Below are positions 20,634 to 31,892 of a stretch of 64,000 nt of DNA, in pieces (within the stretch, counting starts at the first letter, position 1; every line of letters begins with the position of its first letter). The stretch is from positions 1,504,001-1,568,000 of the forward strand of contig CAXXVS010000002.1 of NCBI GenBank assembly GCA_963674755.2, given 5' to 3'. The notes under the pieces were generated by a model. The model ran no database searches, was not told where the DNA came from, and saw nothing but the letters and a program-made list of their open reading frames with translations. This DNA is from Desulfobacterales bacterium (lineage in GTDB: Bacteria > Desulfobacterota > Desulfobacteria > Desulfobacterales > UBA5852). The position numbers and the translations under genes were made by a program.

Positions 20634-21014
20634 GATGCGCCTCCTTGGTGTGATTTCGGAAACGTGACCGCATCGGGCCGCGGCCCGGCGGCCTGCGTCA
20701 GTCGCGTGCTCCGCCGTACGAAACGATCCAATCCTAAAAATAAGGTCGATCGGGTCGGTCTGACCAACGGTTTTTGTGCTCGGAGGCCGACAATCCAGTG
20801 GCTTTCTGCGTCCACCTTCGTCGGATCTGTCAGTGGAGAGGGATTTTCTTTTAAAATCCACTGTTATTGGTAGCAGGTCGGGCCGGTCTTTGCAATGCCG
20901 GGGTCGGGCATCGGGCCGGATCGTTTGACATCCCGGACGGGATTACATACATTGCGGCTCCAAAAATCCATACTCGGCGCCTTGCACCCGGGCATGGACA
21001 CGGAAGGATCGCCC

Positions 21015-21905
21015 ATGGGCTTTTACCGCACCTGGTTTCTGGCCAGCCGTCCCTGGTCGTTTACCATGACCGCCATCTCGGTAAGCGTCGGCAGCGCGCT
21101 GGCTGCATTGGATGGCCCCTTCGATGGGCGGCTCGCGCTGTTGGCGCTATCGAGCGCCGTTCTGCTGCATGCCGCCACCAACCTGATCAACGACTACTAC
21201 GATGTGGTCAACGGCATCGACACGGTCCAGGCCGCCACGGCCCAGTATCGCCCCCATCCCCTCGTGGAGGGCCGGATACCGCTGGGGCAAGTCCGTTGGG
21301 TGGCCTATACCCTTTTTCTGGCAGCGACCGGCATCGGGGTCTATCTGACGGTGGTCTGCGGTTGGCTCGTTCTGGCCATCGGCCTGACCGGACTGCTGGC
21401 CGGGCTCACCTACACGGCGCCCCCCTTGAAATACAAGTATGTGGCCCTGGGCGAACTGTCGGTATTTTTGATGTGGGGTCCCCTGATGGTGGAAGGCGCC
21501 TACTTTGTGCAGCGCCAGACCTTCAGTTCGCAGGCCTTCTGGGTTTCGCTGCCTTTCGGTATCCTCGTGGCGCTGGTGCTCCTGGCCAACAACATCCGGG
21601 ACATCGACCATGACCGTCGCCGGGGGATTCGCACCCTGGCCATCCTTCTGGGCCACCGTCTGGGATTGAGGGCCTATCTGGCCCTGATGATGCTCGCCTA
21701 TGCCGGCGTCCTGGTCCTGGCCCTGTCGGGTGTCCTCTCCTGGTGGGTTCTGATTATTTTTGCCTCCCTGCCCCTGGCCCTCCGTCTGCTGCGCCAGATG
21801 ACCCGCTCGGTGCCGGCCAACGCCGACGCCCTGACCGCCAAGCTGGACACCGCCTTTGGTTTGCTGCTGGTGGCTTCCCTGATGATCGAGGGCTGGATGG
21901 GATGA
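21015..21905 (+). CDS. menA: 1,4-dihydroxy-2-naphthoate polyprenyltransferase (UbiA family)
   Basis: ASRPWS, NLINDYYD..GID, KYVALGE, ANNIRDIDHD...RTLA. Confidence 0.88.
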   Translation: MGFYRTWFLASRPWSFTMTAISVSVGSALAALDGPFDGRLALLALSSAVLLHAATNLINDYYDVVNGIDTVQAATAQYRPHPLVEGRIPLGQVRWVAYTLFLAATGIGVYLTVVCGWLVLAIGLTGLLAGLTYTAPPLKYKYVALGELSVFLMWGPLMVEGAYFVQRQTFSSQAFWVSLPFGILVALVLLANNIRDIDHDRRRGIRTLAILLGHRLGLRAYLALMMLAYAGVLVLALSGVLSWWVLIIFASLPLALRLLRQMTRSVPANADALTAKLDTAFGLLLVASLMIEGWMG

Positions 21906-22528
21906 GGCCGCGGCGTGTCGATCCGGTGGCATTGTGGGGCACCGTCGCTCTGGCGGCGATCCTCTGGTTTGTGACCTTCTTTCTCACCTGGTCCAATTTC
22001 TGGATCAAGATCGGCTGTTCGGCGTCCCTGCTGGCCCTGCTGGCCTTCAAACTGCAGCCCGACTATGGCGGACAGATGCGCTTCGGGTCCAAGGCCATTG
22101 TCCAGGGCCTTCTTTCGGCGGCGGCGCTGTACGGTATCTTCTGGCTGGGCAAGCTGGTCTCCACGGCCCTCTTCCCATTTGCCGCCCACCAGATCGGTGC
22201 GATCTACGGCAAGGGCGCCCACGTACCTTTGCCGGTGGTGTTTGCCCTGTTGCTGCTGGTGACCGGCCCCTGCGAGGAGATTTACTGGCGGGGGTTTCTG
22301 CAGCGGCAGCTGATGCTGCGCTACGGCAATTGGCGTGGCTGGGCCCTGGCCACCGCCATCTATGCCGGGGTCCATATCTGGTCGTTCAACGTCATGCTGA
22401 TCGGCGCCGCCGCCGTGGCCGGCGCCTTCTGGGGCCTGCTTTATTGGCGCTGGCAGCGCCTGGCGCCGGTAATCGTCTCCCATGCGGTCTGGAGCGCGGT
22501 GATTTTCGCCGTGGCGCCGGTGCCCTAA
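21902..22528 (+). CDS. CPBP-family intramembrane protease
   Basis: EEIYWRG, YAGVH, SHAVW. Confidence 0.88.
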   Translation: MRPRRVDPVALWGTVALAAILWFVTFFLTWSNFWIKIGCSASLLALLAFKLQPDYGGQMRFGSKAIVQGLLSAAALYGIFWLGKLVSTALFPFAAHQIGAIYGKGAHVPLPVVFALLLLVTGPCEEIYWRGFLQRQLMLRYGNWRGWALATAIYAGVHIWSFNVMLIGAAAVAGAFWGLLYWRWQRLAPVIVSHAVWSAVIFAVAPVP

Positions 22529-22684
22529 GGCTGGTTTTTTCTTGGGAACAATCGAGACGGGGGCCAACCGGGTTCCTGTACGCCCGGCCGCTCCCGTCCC
22601 CTGCCGTCCGGGACCACATGGCCTTACAGCTTATGGATTGCCGGCAAGGCACTTGTGATCCCGAATGCACTTCTTTTCCATACG

Positions 22685-23173
22685 TTAAAGCTGGCGCTGT
22701 CTCCCGGTGTCATGGCGATCTCCCTGACGGGAGGCGCCGTTATCCGAGGCAACGGCCCCATCGGTGCGCCGGCGGTCGGATTGATCCCTCCCCCCGAAAC
22801 CTTGACGGGTCCTGTCAGAACTGAAATGGCCCGGACGATATTGGTTTGAAGAATTCTGCCGCCATCCCTGGCGATCGCTGCGGTGTTGTCCATAAGGGTG
22901 ACGGGGCCCCTGGAAATGAGGGCGGTGGCTGGGGGCACGATGTTGCAGGCGGTGGCGTGGTGCATACGCACGACCGTTGTGCCATCCCCGGTTGTGACGG
23001 GGCACGGCGCCACGCTTCCAGTGGTGGCCGTAAGGCTTGGGGGCGAAGTGCTTACCGGTTCCATAGCGATAACCGCGATGCGGACCACGCCAGTCAGCAG
23101 CGAAGGACACCGCCGTTGCGGCCAGGATGAACATTGCGGCCATGGCACCTGCCAATAGGGCTTGCTTTCTCAT
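22685..23173 (-). CDS. Exported His/Arg/Gly-rich low-complexity protein
   Basis: GAGGAGG RBS, signal peptide ending VSFA, strongly basic disordered mature part. Confidence 0.65.
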   Translation of the reverse strand: MRKQALLAGAMAAMFILAATAVSFAADWRGPHRGYRYGTGKHFAPKPYGHHWKRGAVPRHNRGWHNGRAYAPRHRLQHRAPSHRPHFQGPRHPYGQHRSDRQGWRQNSSNQYRPGHFSSDRTRQGFGGRDQSDRRRTDGAVASDNGASRQGDRHDTGRQRQL

Positions 23174-23366
23174 AATTTGCCTCCTCAATCGAATGGGGTT
23201 GAAGGCGGCCGGATAACGGAACCGCCTCAGGCGGGTTCCGTTGTCGAACGGGCAACCGTTTCCGGCCGTTTGAAAGGTCAGGACGTGCGGGGAAGCAAAA
23301 AAGTTGACGAGAAAGCCAACGGCGGTTTCCCAAAGATGGGGCGGAACCGCGGCGTGGAGCGGGTGC

Positions 23367-23942
23367 CTACCAGTTTTCAGCCAGCAGTTCGAAATACCCC
23401 CGGGGTTTGACGCAGGCCGGACATTTGTCCGGTGCCGCCGGGCCGGTATGCAGGTAGCCGCAGTTGCGACAGCGCCAGACGGTTTCTTTCTCACGGACGA
23501 AGACACGCTCCCCGGCCAGGTTGGCGGCCAGCTCCCGGTAGCGCTTTTCATGCTGCCGTTCCGAGACGCAGATGGCCTCCCAGGTATCGGCCGCCCGGGC
23601 AAAGCCTTCTTGGCGGGCGATCTTCGCAAAGCCCGGATAGAGCTCGCTGTGCTCGAAGCGTTCGCCGTCGGCCGCGGCCACCAGATTGTCATGGGTGGTG
23701 CCGATCACCCCCGCCGGGAAACGCCCCGCCATGTCCAATTCGCCGCCGTTGAAAAACTTGAAAAAGCGCAGGGCATGTTCGCATTCATGACCGGCCGTTT
23801 CCTCGAAAATCGAGGCGATCTGGTGGTAGCCTTCATCGGCCGCCCGGCGGGCGAAATAGGTATAGCGGTTGCGGGCCTGGGATTCGCCGGCAAAAGAAGC
23901 CAGCAGATTCCTGGCGGTCCGGCTTTCACGGAAAGGTGCCAT
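23367..23942 (-). CDS. rbr: Rubrerythrin
   Basis: FAGESQARNRYTYFA, ECEH, ERQHE, C-terminal CRNCG...CPAC rubredoxin domain. Confidence 0.95.
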   Translation of the reverse strand: MAPFRESRTARNLLASFAGESQARNRYTYFARRAADEGYHQIASIFEETAGHECEHALRFFKFFNGGELDMAGRFPAGVIGTTHDNLVAAADGERFEHSELYPGFAKIARQEGFARAADTWEAICVSERQHEKRYRELAANLAGERVFVREKETVWRCRNCGYLHTGPAAPDKCPACVKPRGYFELLAENW

Positions 23943-24047
23943 GGTTTTTCTCCTTAGGGGGATGGGAAAAGCGGCGTGCTTGGGGCCCCCTAACCGTTGG
24001 GCCGCCCCAAGCATGTGGCCCTGAAATGGCGAAGTGAACGCTCCGGT

Positions 24048-24239
24048 CTAGTCTTCGATGATGATGGCATCCGCCCCGCACTCCTGGGCGGCCTGGCGCA
24101 CGACATCTTCGTATTTCTCCGGAATCACATCGAACTGCACCACGGACAGCAGCTGATCTTCATCATAGGCGAAAACTTCCGGGCACAGCTTGTTGCAATT
24201 GCGATCGCCCATACACTGCTCGGTAACGCGTGCCTTCAT
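24048..24239 (-). CDS. Monocluster ferredoxin
   Basis: CMGDRNC...CPEVF...ECGADAI; AGGAGG RBS. Confidence 0.9.
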   Translation of the reverse strand: MKARVTEQCMGDRNCNKLCPEVFAYDEDQLLSVVQFDVIPEKYEDVVRQAAQECGADAIIIED

Positions 24240-24343
24240 GACAACCTCCTTTTCCGGCCCTCAGGTCGGATTGCGTAGATCAGTTAAAATGCTTCGGTAC
24301 AATGCACCGGGGTCAATATTATTCAGGATCGGGCCATCCCTGC

Positions 24344-24838
24344 TCAGATCCGATAACAGGCCACGATATCGCCGAAATAAAGCGTATGGTAGTCTTTCTC
24401 CGGATAGAGGGACTTCAAATCCGACGCCAGATGGGACGGATCCATGGCGGACTTGTAGATGATGCGGCATTCGAAATGAATGCCGGGGGTATCGATCACC
24501 GGGGAGGCCACCTGTTGTCCGTCAAGCGTCTTGAGGCTGCAGGCGGCCAGTTTGTCGCCGTCGCGGCCGGATTTGGTGCCGCAGTACATGATGGCCTTCT
24601 TCATGTCGCCGTCGGGGACCGAGACCGTGTAATCCGCCGCCCTTTCAATAAGATCGAAGGTATGGCGGGAGTCACGCACCGCCACCATGAATACGGGTTT
24701 GCGCCAGCACAACCCGATGGCGGCCCAGCCGATGGTCATGGTGTTGAGGCGGTCGCCGGCGCGGACCGTGAGAAAAGCGCCGGCCTTGATTTTTTCGATG
24801 ATGTCATCTGCAATAGATAGGTAATCGACAGGTTCCAT
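24344..24838 (-). CDS. Flavin reductase / flavoredoxin-like protein
   Basis: NTMTIGW, VRDSRHT, CGTKSGRD.DK, HTLYFGDI. Confidence 0.9.
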   Translation of the reverse strand: MEPVDYLSIADDIIEKIKAGAFLTVRAGDRLNTMTIGWAAIGLCWRKPVFMVAVRDSRHTFDLIERAADYTVSVPDGDMKKAIMYCGTKSGRDGDKLAACSLKTLDGQQVASPVIDTPGIHFECRIIYKSAMDPSHLASDLKSLYPEKDYHTLYFGDIVACYRI

Positions 24839-24867
24839 ACGTCTTCCTTTTTTTGTTTTTATAAGTT

Positions 24868-24986
24868 GTGTCCATTCAGCGGTGGTCAATTCGGGTTCCG
24901 GCCAAGGCGGCGACGATTTGTCCGGCGTAGCCCTGCGAGGTAAGCGCTGCGTGGCCCGGCTGAAATGAGGATTTCCATAGACAGCA
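24868..24986 (+). mobile_element. MITE-like element, family 1, degenerate copy
   Basis: GTGTCCATTCAGCGGTGGTCAATTCGGGTTCCGGCCAAGG..GGCGTAGCC aligns with the start of copy 1; right end is eroded. Confidence 0.6.
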
Positions 24987-25227
24987 TTCTCTCCATACCA
25001 TATCCCGGCCCAAGATCAAGCAAACCCTGCGACATCGGATAGGCGTTATAGGGCCGTTTGGTGCAGATTGGTTGTCAAAAACGGGCTCCGGGTTGTTATT
25101 CCGGCAGGGATACCCATATTATCTGTTGCCGATCCATAAACGGCATCTTTGGACGGACACTTTTGGAAAGGTCATAAACCTCTATGAAAATTTCACAAAC
25201 GGCCCGCCGCCGGGAAAGGAGGTTGCC

Positions 25228-25689
25228 ATGACCCTGCAAAAAATTCTATGGCCGACGGATTTCTCCGAGCAGACCGGGGAGGCCCTCGAGTATATCAAAT
25301 CCTTGACCCGGCGCTATGAAGCGGAAATTCATGTCCTCTACGTGATCGAAGATGTTCAAGGCCCCCCGGACTGGGCGGGTGGCATAGCATCGGGGGGCAA
25401 AGATAACATGCTGATCTGGCATAAAATGAAAGCCCACAAACGGTTGGACCAGATTTGCATCGACTATCTGGAAGACTGCCCTTATTTCGTTCGCCATATC
25501 GCGGTCGGCGATCCGGCCCGGGAAATCCTCAGGCTCGTGGAAAGCGAGCAGATCGACATGGTGGTCATGTCCACCCATGGCGCCAGCCCCCCCTTTCGCT
25601 TCGACAGCGTGGCCGCCCAGGTGATCAGAAAGGCGCCCGTTCCCGTCGTAACGATTCCCCCGGCCAGGGAAGCGGCGCCGGCGGCCTGA
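25228..25689 (+). CDS. Universal stress protein
   Basis: KILWPTDFS, GDPAREI, DMVVMSTHG, SVAAQVIRKAPVPV. Confidence 0.92.
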   Translation: MTLQKILWPTDFSEQTGEALEYIKSLTRRYEAEIHVLYVIEDVQGPPDWAGGIASGGKDNMLIWHKMKAHKRLDQICIDYLEDCPYFVRHIAVGDPAREILRLVESEQIDMVVMSTHGASPPFRFDSVAAQVIRKAPVPVVTIPPAREAAPAA

Positions 25690-25738
25690 AGTGCGTCAAC
25701 ACAACCAGGCCCAGCCTACGGCCATACCCCGGAGGACA

Positions 25739-27436
25739 TCAGGCGTCCCAGCCGCCCTGTTGGCGTAAGCGCTTGATACGCTCGGCCGCGAGCTTTTGAA
25801 CCGCCAGCTTATCCACTTTGGTGCTGCGGGTGATCGGGAACTCCTCTGTGACCGGCCAGAATTCCACATGTTGGGGCCGTTTGTAGGAAGCGATCTTGCG
25901 GCAGTGGGACAAAACCGCTTGCGGTGTGATGTCTGCGCCGGCCTCGGGCCGCACGTAGGCAAAGACGCCCTCATCGAACAAGTTGTGCTGCATGCCCACC
26001 ACCACCGTTGTGTCCACCCCTGGCATTTGAGCGATATGATTCTCGATTTCGTCGGGAAACACGTTGTAGCCTTTCTGCTTGATCATGAATTTGCGCCGCC
26101 CCGCGAGATAGAGCGCCCGGTAGGTGCCCATATCCTTGAAGCATCCCAGGTCCCCCGTATAGAGGATCCCTTCCCGGGAGATCGTTCGGGCCGTCTCGTC
26201 CGGCATGTTGTAATACCCGAGAAAAACAATGGGCGGATGGTAGCAGATCTCCCCAACGTCGCCATCGGGCAATTCCGGACCGGCCTGACCGTCCGGTTCC
26301 ATGGGGCCGCGGACGCTCACCGCGGCCAAATCCGGGAACGCACGCCCCACCTGTCCCGCTATCTCGTCGAGGGGAATACCCCGGGGGGTGAAGGTGCCGA
26401 ACCCGGCGTTCTCGGTCATGCCGAGCCCCGTGCCGAAAGAGGGGGCCATCCGGGATAGCCTGCGCAAAAAGGGGGTGTCCACGGCCGATCCGCCATAAAC
26501 CACGAATGCCAGACTGCTCAGGTCGTAGCGGTCATAATCGGGATGACGCCAGAGCATGCGGTACTGGGTGGGAATCTGCCCCAAAGCGTTGACCCGGTGC
26601 CGCTCGATGGCTTCCAGAGTCAGCTGGGCGTCAAAGATCCGCAGCAGGACCGTCGTCCCCCCCATGAACATCGCCGTCATAAAACATTCGGTAACACAGC
26701 CCACATGGCTGGGCGGAAGATTGATGAGAATGCGCGGATCCGGCAAGGGATGCATGCCCCGGGCCAGGATCTCGTTCTGGACGATAATGTTGGCATGGCT
26801 CAGCAGGGCCGGCTTGGGATCACCGGTGGTGCCGGTGGTATAGATGATCAGGGCCGCTGTCTGGGGGGTTACCTCGGCGTAGGCCCTGCTCAGCCGCCGG
26901 GTGGCCAGGTCCTTCACTTTCAGCCAGACCAGACGTTTTTTGTCCATCAGGCGGGTGATGCCCACGGCCCCGTTCAGGATGTCCCCCGGTTGAGGATCCG
27001 CTGTAAATTGCACCAGCCAACGAACACCCGGGCACTGTTCCTGGACCGCTCGTCCGGCTGTCCGGAAATCCCGCAGCGGGGTCTCCCCCAGGAAAAAAAA
27101 GGCCTGGGGTGCTATTTTATTGATGTCGCGCACCACTTCGTCATCCTGGAGGCGCACATCCAGGGGGGCCATGATGACCCCGATTTTAAAACAGGCGTAC
27201 ATCAGGGCCATATGCTCCGGCACCAGAACGAGCTGGGTAGCCACCCGGTCGCCATGCCGGATCCCCATATCCAGAAGCCGCAGGGCGAAAAAGTCAATAA
27301 GGGTATCAAATTGTTTATAGGAGAGCGTTTTACCATCTTCGTGCTGGATCATGGCCGTATGGTCGGCCTTTTCCCGGGCCCAGTGACGGATGTAGTCGTT
27401 GAGGCGCGGGAGACGGAGAAACGTCGGTTCAGGCAT
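25739..27436 (-). CDS. AMP-binding acyl-CoA synthetase family
   Basis: YTTGTTGDPK, GMTE, YTGDLG, YKRP, KVDK. Confidence 0.9.
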   Translation of the reverse strand: MPEPTFLRLPRLNDYIRHWAREKADHTAMIQHEDGKTLSYKQFDTLIDFFALRLLDMGIRHGDRVATQLVLVPEHMALMYACFKIGVIMAPLDVRLQDDEVVRDINKIAPQAFFFLGETPLRDFRTAGRAVQEQCPGVRWLVQFTADPQPGDILNGAVGITRLMDKKRLVWLKVKDLATRRLSRAYAEVTPQTAALIIYTTGTTGDPKPALLSHANIIVQNEILARGMHPLPDPRILINLPPSHVGCVTECFMTAMFMGGTTVLLRIFDAQLTLEAIERHRVNALGQIPTQYRMLWRHPDYDRYDLSSLAFVVYGGSAVDTPFLRRLSRMAPSFGTGLGMTENAGFGTFTPRGIPLDEIAGQVGRAFPDLAAVSVRGPMEPDGQAGPELPDGDVGEICYHPPIVFLGYYNMPDETARTISREGILYTGDLGCFKDMGTYRALYLAGRRKFMIKQKGYNVFPDEIENHIAQMPGVDTTVVVGMQHNLFDEGVFAYVRPEAGADITPQAVLSHCRKIASYKRPQHVEFWPVTEEFPITRSTKVDKLAVQKLAAERIKRLRQQGGWDA

Positions 27437-27492
27437 AGGGGCTCCTTTCTGGAAACGGGTGAAACATTCCACAAGCCATGAATGCGCCCTGA

Positions 27493-28392
27493 TCAGGCTG
27501 GCCCGATGTTTTCCGAACAGCGGACAAAAGCCCATCCCTGCTTGATGACGGGTTGCCCCTCCTCACCCAAGACGTCAAAAAAAAGATCGCGGCCCCGCTG
27601 GCCGTCCGAATGCGCCTGCCGGCGGATTCGGATCGTCGTTCCCGGCCGCACCATACCGCTGAAACGGCAGGCCAGCCCTTCCAAACGGCGGGGGTTGCCG
27701 GAGGCCTCACGATTCACGATTTCCCGGGCGGCCATGGCCAGCGTGGCCGTCCCCTGCAGGATGATGCCCGGCAGCCCCACCTGGCGGGCAAACCGGCGGG
27801 AGGTGTGAATGGGGAAAACAATGCCGGTGCATCCGTCGTACAGGTGGGGACGCTCGGGCTCGATATAGACTGTCGCCGCCCAGCCCTTGTCAGGATGGGC
27901 GGGCGCATTTGGAACGACGGGCAGATCGTCTGCCCCCCGGCCGGGGCCGCGGCAGACAACCCCCCGCAGGATGGTGCCCAGGTGTTCGGTGAAAACCGGG
28001 GCATCGCGTTCGTCCCGGGCCTCAAGACCGATCACCACCCGGGTGCCGGCCCGGTGGGGCAGGATGGCGGCAATGCGTCCCTCGATGGTCAGGGTTTCTC
28101 CGGGAATCGCGGGACGATGAAACCGCAGGTGCTCCGTGTGATGAACCTGGGTCAGAAGCAATTCCCGGGGAAAGGCCTCCGTCGGTATATAATCGGCGAT
28201 ATGGCCCAGGATCGGCCAGGTCACCGCCACGGCGAACATGGGGGGTGCCATGATGCCCTGGTCGCGCTCATCGTCGAAGTACGCCGGATTGGGATCGCCC
28301 ACGGCCGCCGCATAGTTCATGCTGTGGCGCCAGTCGATCCCCGTCTGATAAGGCTTCAGCAGAGTCCCGGCGAAATGGTCGTCAAGTTCCAT
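27493..28392 (-). CDS. MaoC-like double hot-dog dehydratase
   Basis: YAAAVGD.NP.Y, PIHT...A..VGLPGIILQG. Confidence 0.82.
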   Translation of the reverse strand: MELDDHFAGTLLKPYQTGIDWRHSMNYAAAVGDPNPAYFDDERDQGIMAPPMFAVAVTWPILGHIADYIPTEAFPRELLLTQVHHTEHLRFHRPAIPGETLTIEGRIAAILPHRAGTRVVIGLEARDERDAPVFTEHLGTILRGVVCRGPGRGADDLPVVPNAPAHPDKGWAATVYIEPERPHLYDGCTGIVFPIHTSRRFARQVGLPGIILQGTATLAMAAREIVNREASGNPRRLEGLACRFSGMVRPGTTIRIRRQAHSDGQRGRDLFFDVLGEEGQPVIKQGWAFVRCSENIGPA

Positions 28393-28493
28393 CCTGTCTT
28401 CCCGGATCGGTTTCCATTCGATTTTGGTTTGCACCGCAACTTCCGTTTCGCATATCGTCACGCCTCCAGAGCCAGACAGCCGCTCGCAACCCT

Positions 28494-30173
<1,680 letters not shown>

Positions 30174-30309
30174 CTTTTGTCTCCTCGTTATCAGCCGTCG
30201 CCCCACGAGGGGTCGGCCATAATCTGTGATGCGGTGGGTTGAACGCACCAAGCGGTTCTATGTTGCCGCCCGATCGAAATCGCTATCGGGATCGAAATCC
30301 GGTTCTCTT

Positions 30310-30912
30310 TCAGCGCAAAGCGCATCCATGCCCCTGATGGTAAAGCACATAGCCCAGCCAGAGGCTGCCGCTGCCATCGGCCGCCAAGCGACGCTGAAAG
30401 TTCACGATACGCATTCCGCAGGCTATAAAAAGTGACTGTAAGGCGTCCTCCTGCCAGAAGGAAAACACGCGCTCCTTCGGGTCGGTGGCGCTCCCGTGAC
30501 CTTCTTTCAAGGAAAGGTAGACGATCCGTCGTCGGGAGCCAGGGTCCAGGGCAGGAAGAATATTCTCCAAAACGGCCGCCAGTCGATGACGAGGGATATG
30601 CACCAAGGCACCGCACAGCAGGAGGGCGTCCATCTTCAGGACGCTGAAGTCATATGTGCAAAAATCCCCTTCGATGATATCGCAGCCGGCATGCCGGCGG
30701 GCCAACCGGGCCAGGCCCGCCGATCGCTCGAAGCCGGTCACCTGCATGCCTTGGTCCTGCAGCCAGCGCAAATCCCGTCCCGAACCGCAGCCCACATCCA
30801 GAACACGGTCGCCCGGAATCAGATGCCGCACAAACGGCCCCAGAAAGGGCGCCGGATCGATACCGGCCGTGGCATCGAAATAGGCCCGGAAGTTATGGGC
30901 ATAGAAATCCAT
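30310..30912 (-). CDS. Class I SAM-dependent methyltransferase
   Basis: VLDVGCGSGRD, ALVHIP, YLSLKEG. Confidence 0.88.
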   Translation of the reverse strand: MDFYAHNFRAYFDATAGIDPAPFLGPFVRHLIPGDRVLDVGCGSGRDLRWLQDQGMQVTGFERSAGLARLARRHAGCDIIEGDFCTYDFSVLKMDALLLCGALVHIPRHRLAAVLENILPALDPGSRRRIVYLSLKEGHGSATDPKERVFSFWQEDALQSLFIACGMRIVNFQRRLAADGSGSLWLGYVLYHQGHGCALR

Positions 30913-30942
30913 AATGCCGATTCGCCACCAGGTGCAAAGCCA

Positions 30943-31767
30943 TCAGCGCCAGATGATTTGGGGGTCGTTCCTAAGCGGCAGCCGCTGATAGCGGTACTTG
31001 GGACGTCCCACCATCATGGCGCCGAAAGGCGCGTGGCCCTCGGGCAGTTCCAAGGCCTCATTCAGGGGCGGCCAGATATTGGCGGCCACATTGAAGTACC
31101 CGCCCCAGCAGGCGCCCAGCCCCATCGAAGCCGCCGCCAGGTCGAAGTAAGTCAGGGCTATGGTGGCAGCAGCCGGAGAAGTGGGGTTGGCCTTGGCGGC
31201 ATGGGCCACAACCAGATGGGGCGCGCTGCGGCAGATGCGGTCATGGCCCTTGTCCCAGGCCTCCACCACCTTGTCCATATGCATGGCCGCGGCCATGGGA
31301 TTGTCTTCCGCAATGAGATGCCGCATCCAGTCCGCCACCAAACCGGCCAGACGCCGGACGTCTGCGGGGGACTGCACCACCAGCCAGTGGACGGGCTGGT
31401 AGTTGTGGCCCGAGGGGGCGTAGCGGGCCGTGTCGATGAGATGGGCCAGGGTCTCCCGATCCAGAACGTCTTCGCGATAGCGGCGGATGGAGCGCCGGGC
31501 TCTCAGGAACTGGGTTACCTGCCGGCGGTCGGGCATATAGGCCTTTTCGATAACCGGACACTGTTCGGAAGCCATGGCCGCATGGCTCAAGGCCCCGTGG
31601 GGGCATACGGCCACGCAGTGGCCGCAGCGGATGCAGCGCTCGGCACCGCCTTCCACCACCGCCGGGGTGCCGTCTTCTCCATCGAGGGTAATGATGAGGG
31701 CCGGGCAGACATCGGCACATATCCCGTCCCGCTGGCAACGCTCCCGATCGACAGTCAGCAATGACAT
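30943..31767 (-). CDS. Nitroreductase with N-terminal 4Fe-4S dicluster domain
   Basis: CQRDGICADVCP, CIRCGHCVAVCP, RRSIRRY, APSGHN.QP. Confidence 0.92.
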   Translation of the reverse strand: MSLLTVDRERCQRDGICADVCPALIITLDGEDGTPAVVEGGAERCIRCGHCVAVCPHGALSHAAMASEQCPVIEKAYMPDRRQVTQFLRARRSIRRYREDVLDRETLAHLIDTARYAPSGHNYQPVHWLVVQSPADVRRLAGLVADWMRHLIAEDNPMAAAMHMDKVVEAWDKGHDRICRSAPHLVVAHAAKANPTSPAAATIALTYFDLAAASMGLGACWGGYFNVAANIWPPLNEALELPEGHAPFGAMMVGRPKYRYQRLPLRNDPQIIWR

Positions 31768-31892
31768 GAGGCGAACTCTCCTTCTCTATTCATGTGGTTA
31801 TCGAAGATAACCGCACGGCATGGAATGGTGTTATGACGTTTGACCATAGCGAATCGTGCTACGAATAACAATGCTGGATTGTTTGCCCGTCG

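Noticed and set aside
30270..30300. Short ATCGAAATC tandem motif upstream of ettA
   Set aside because: Only two short units; no supportable function.
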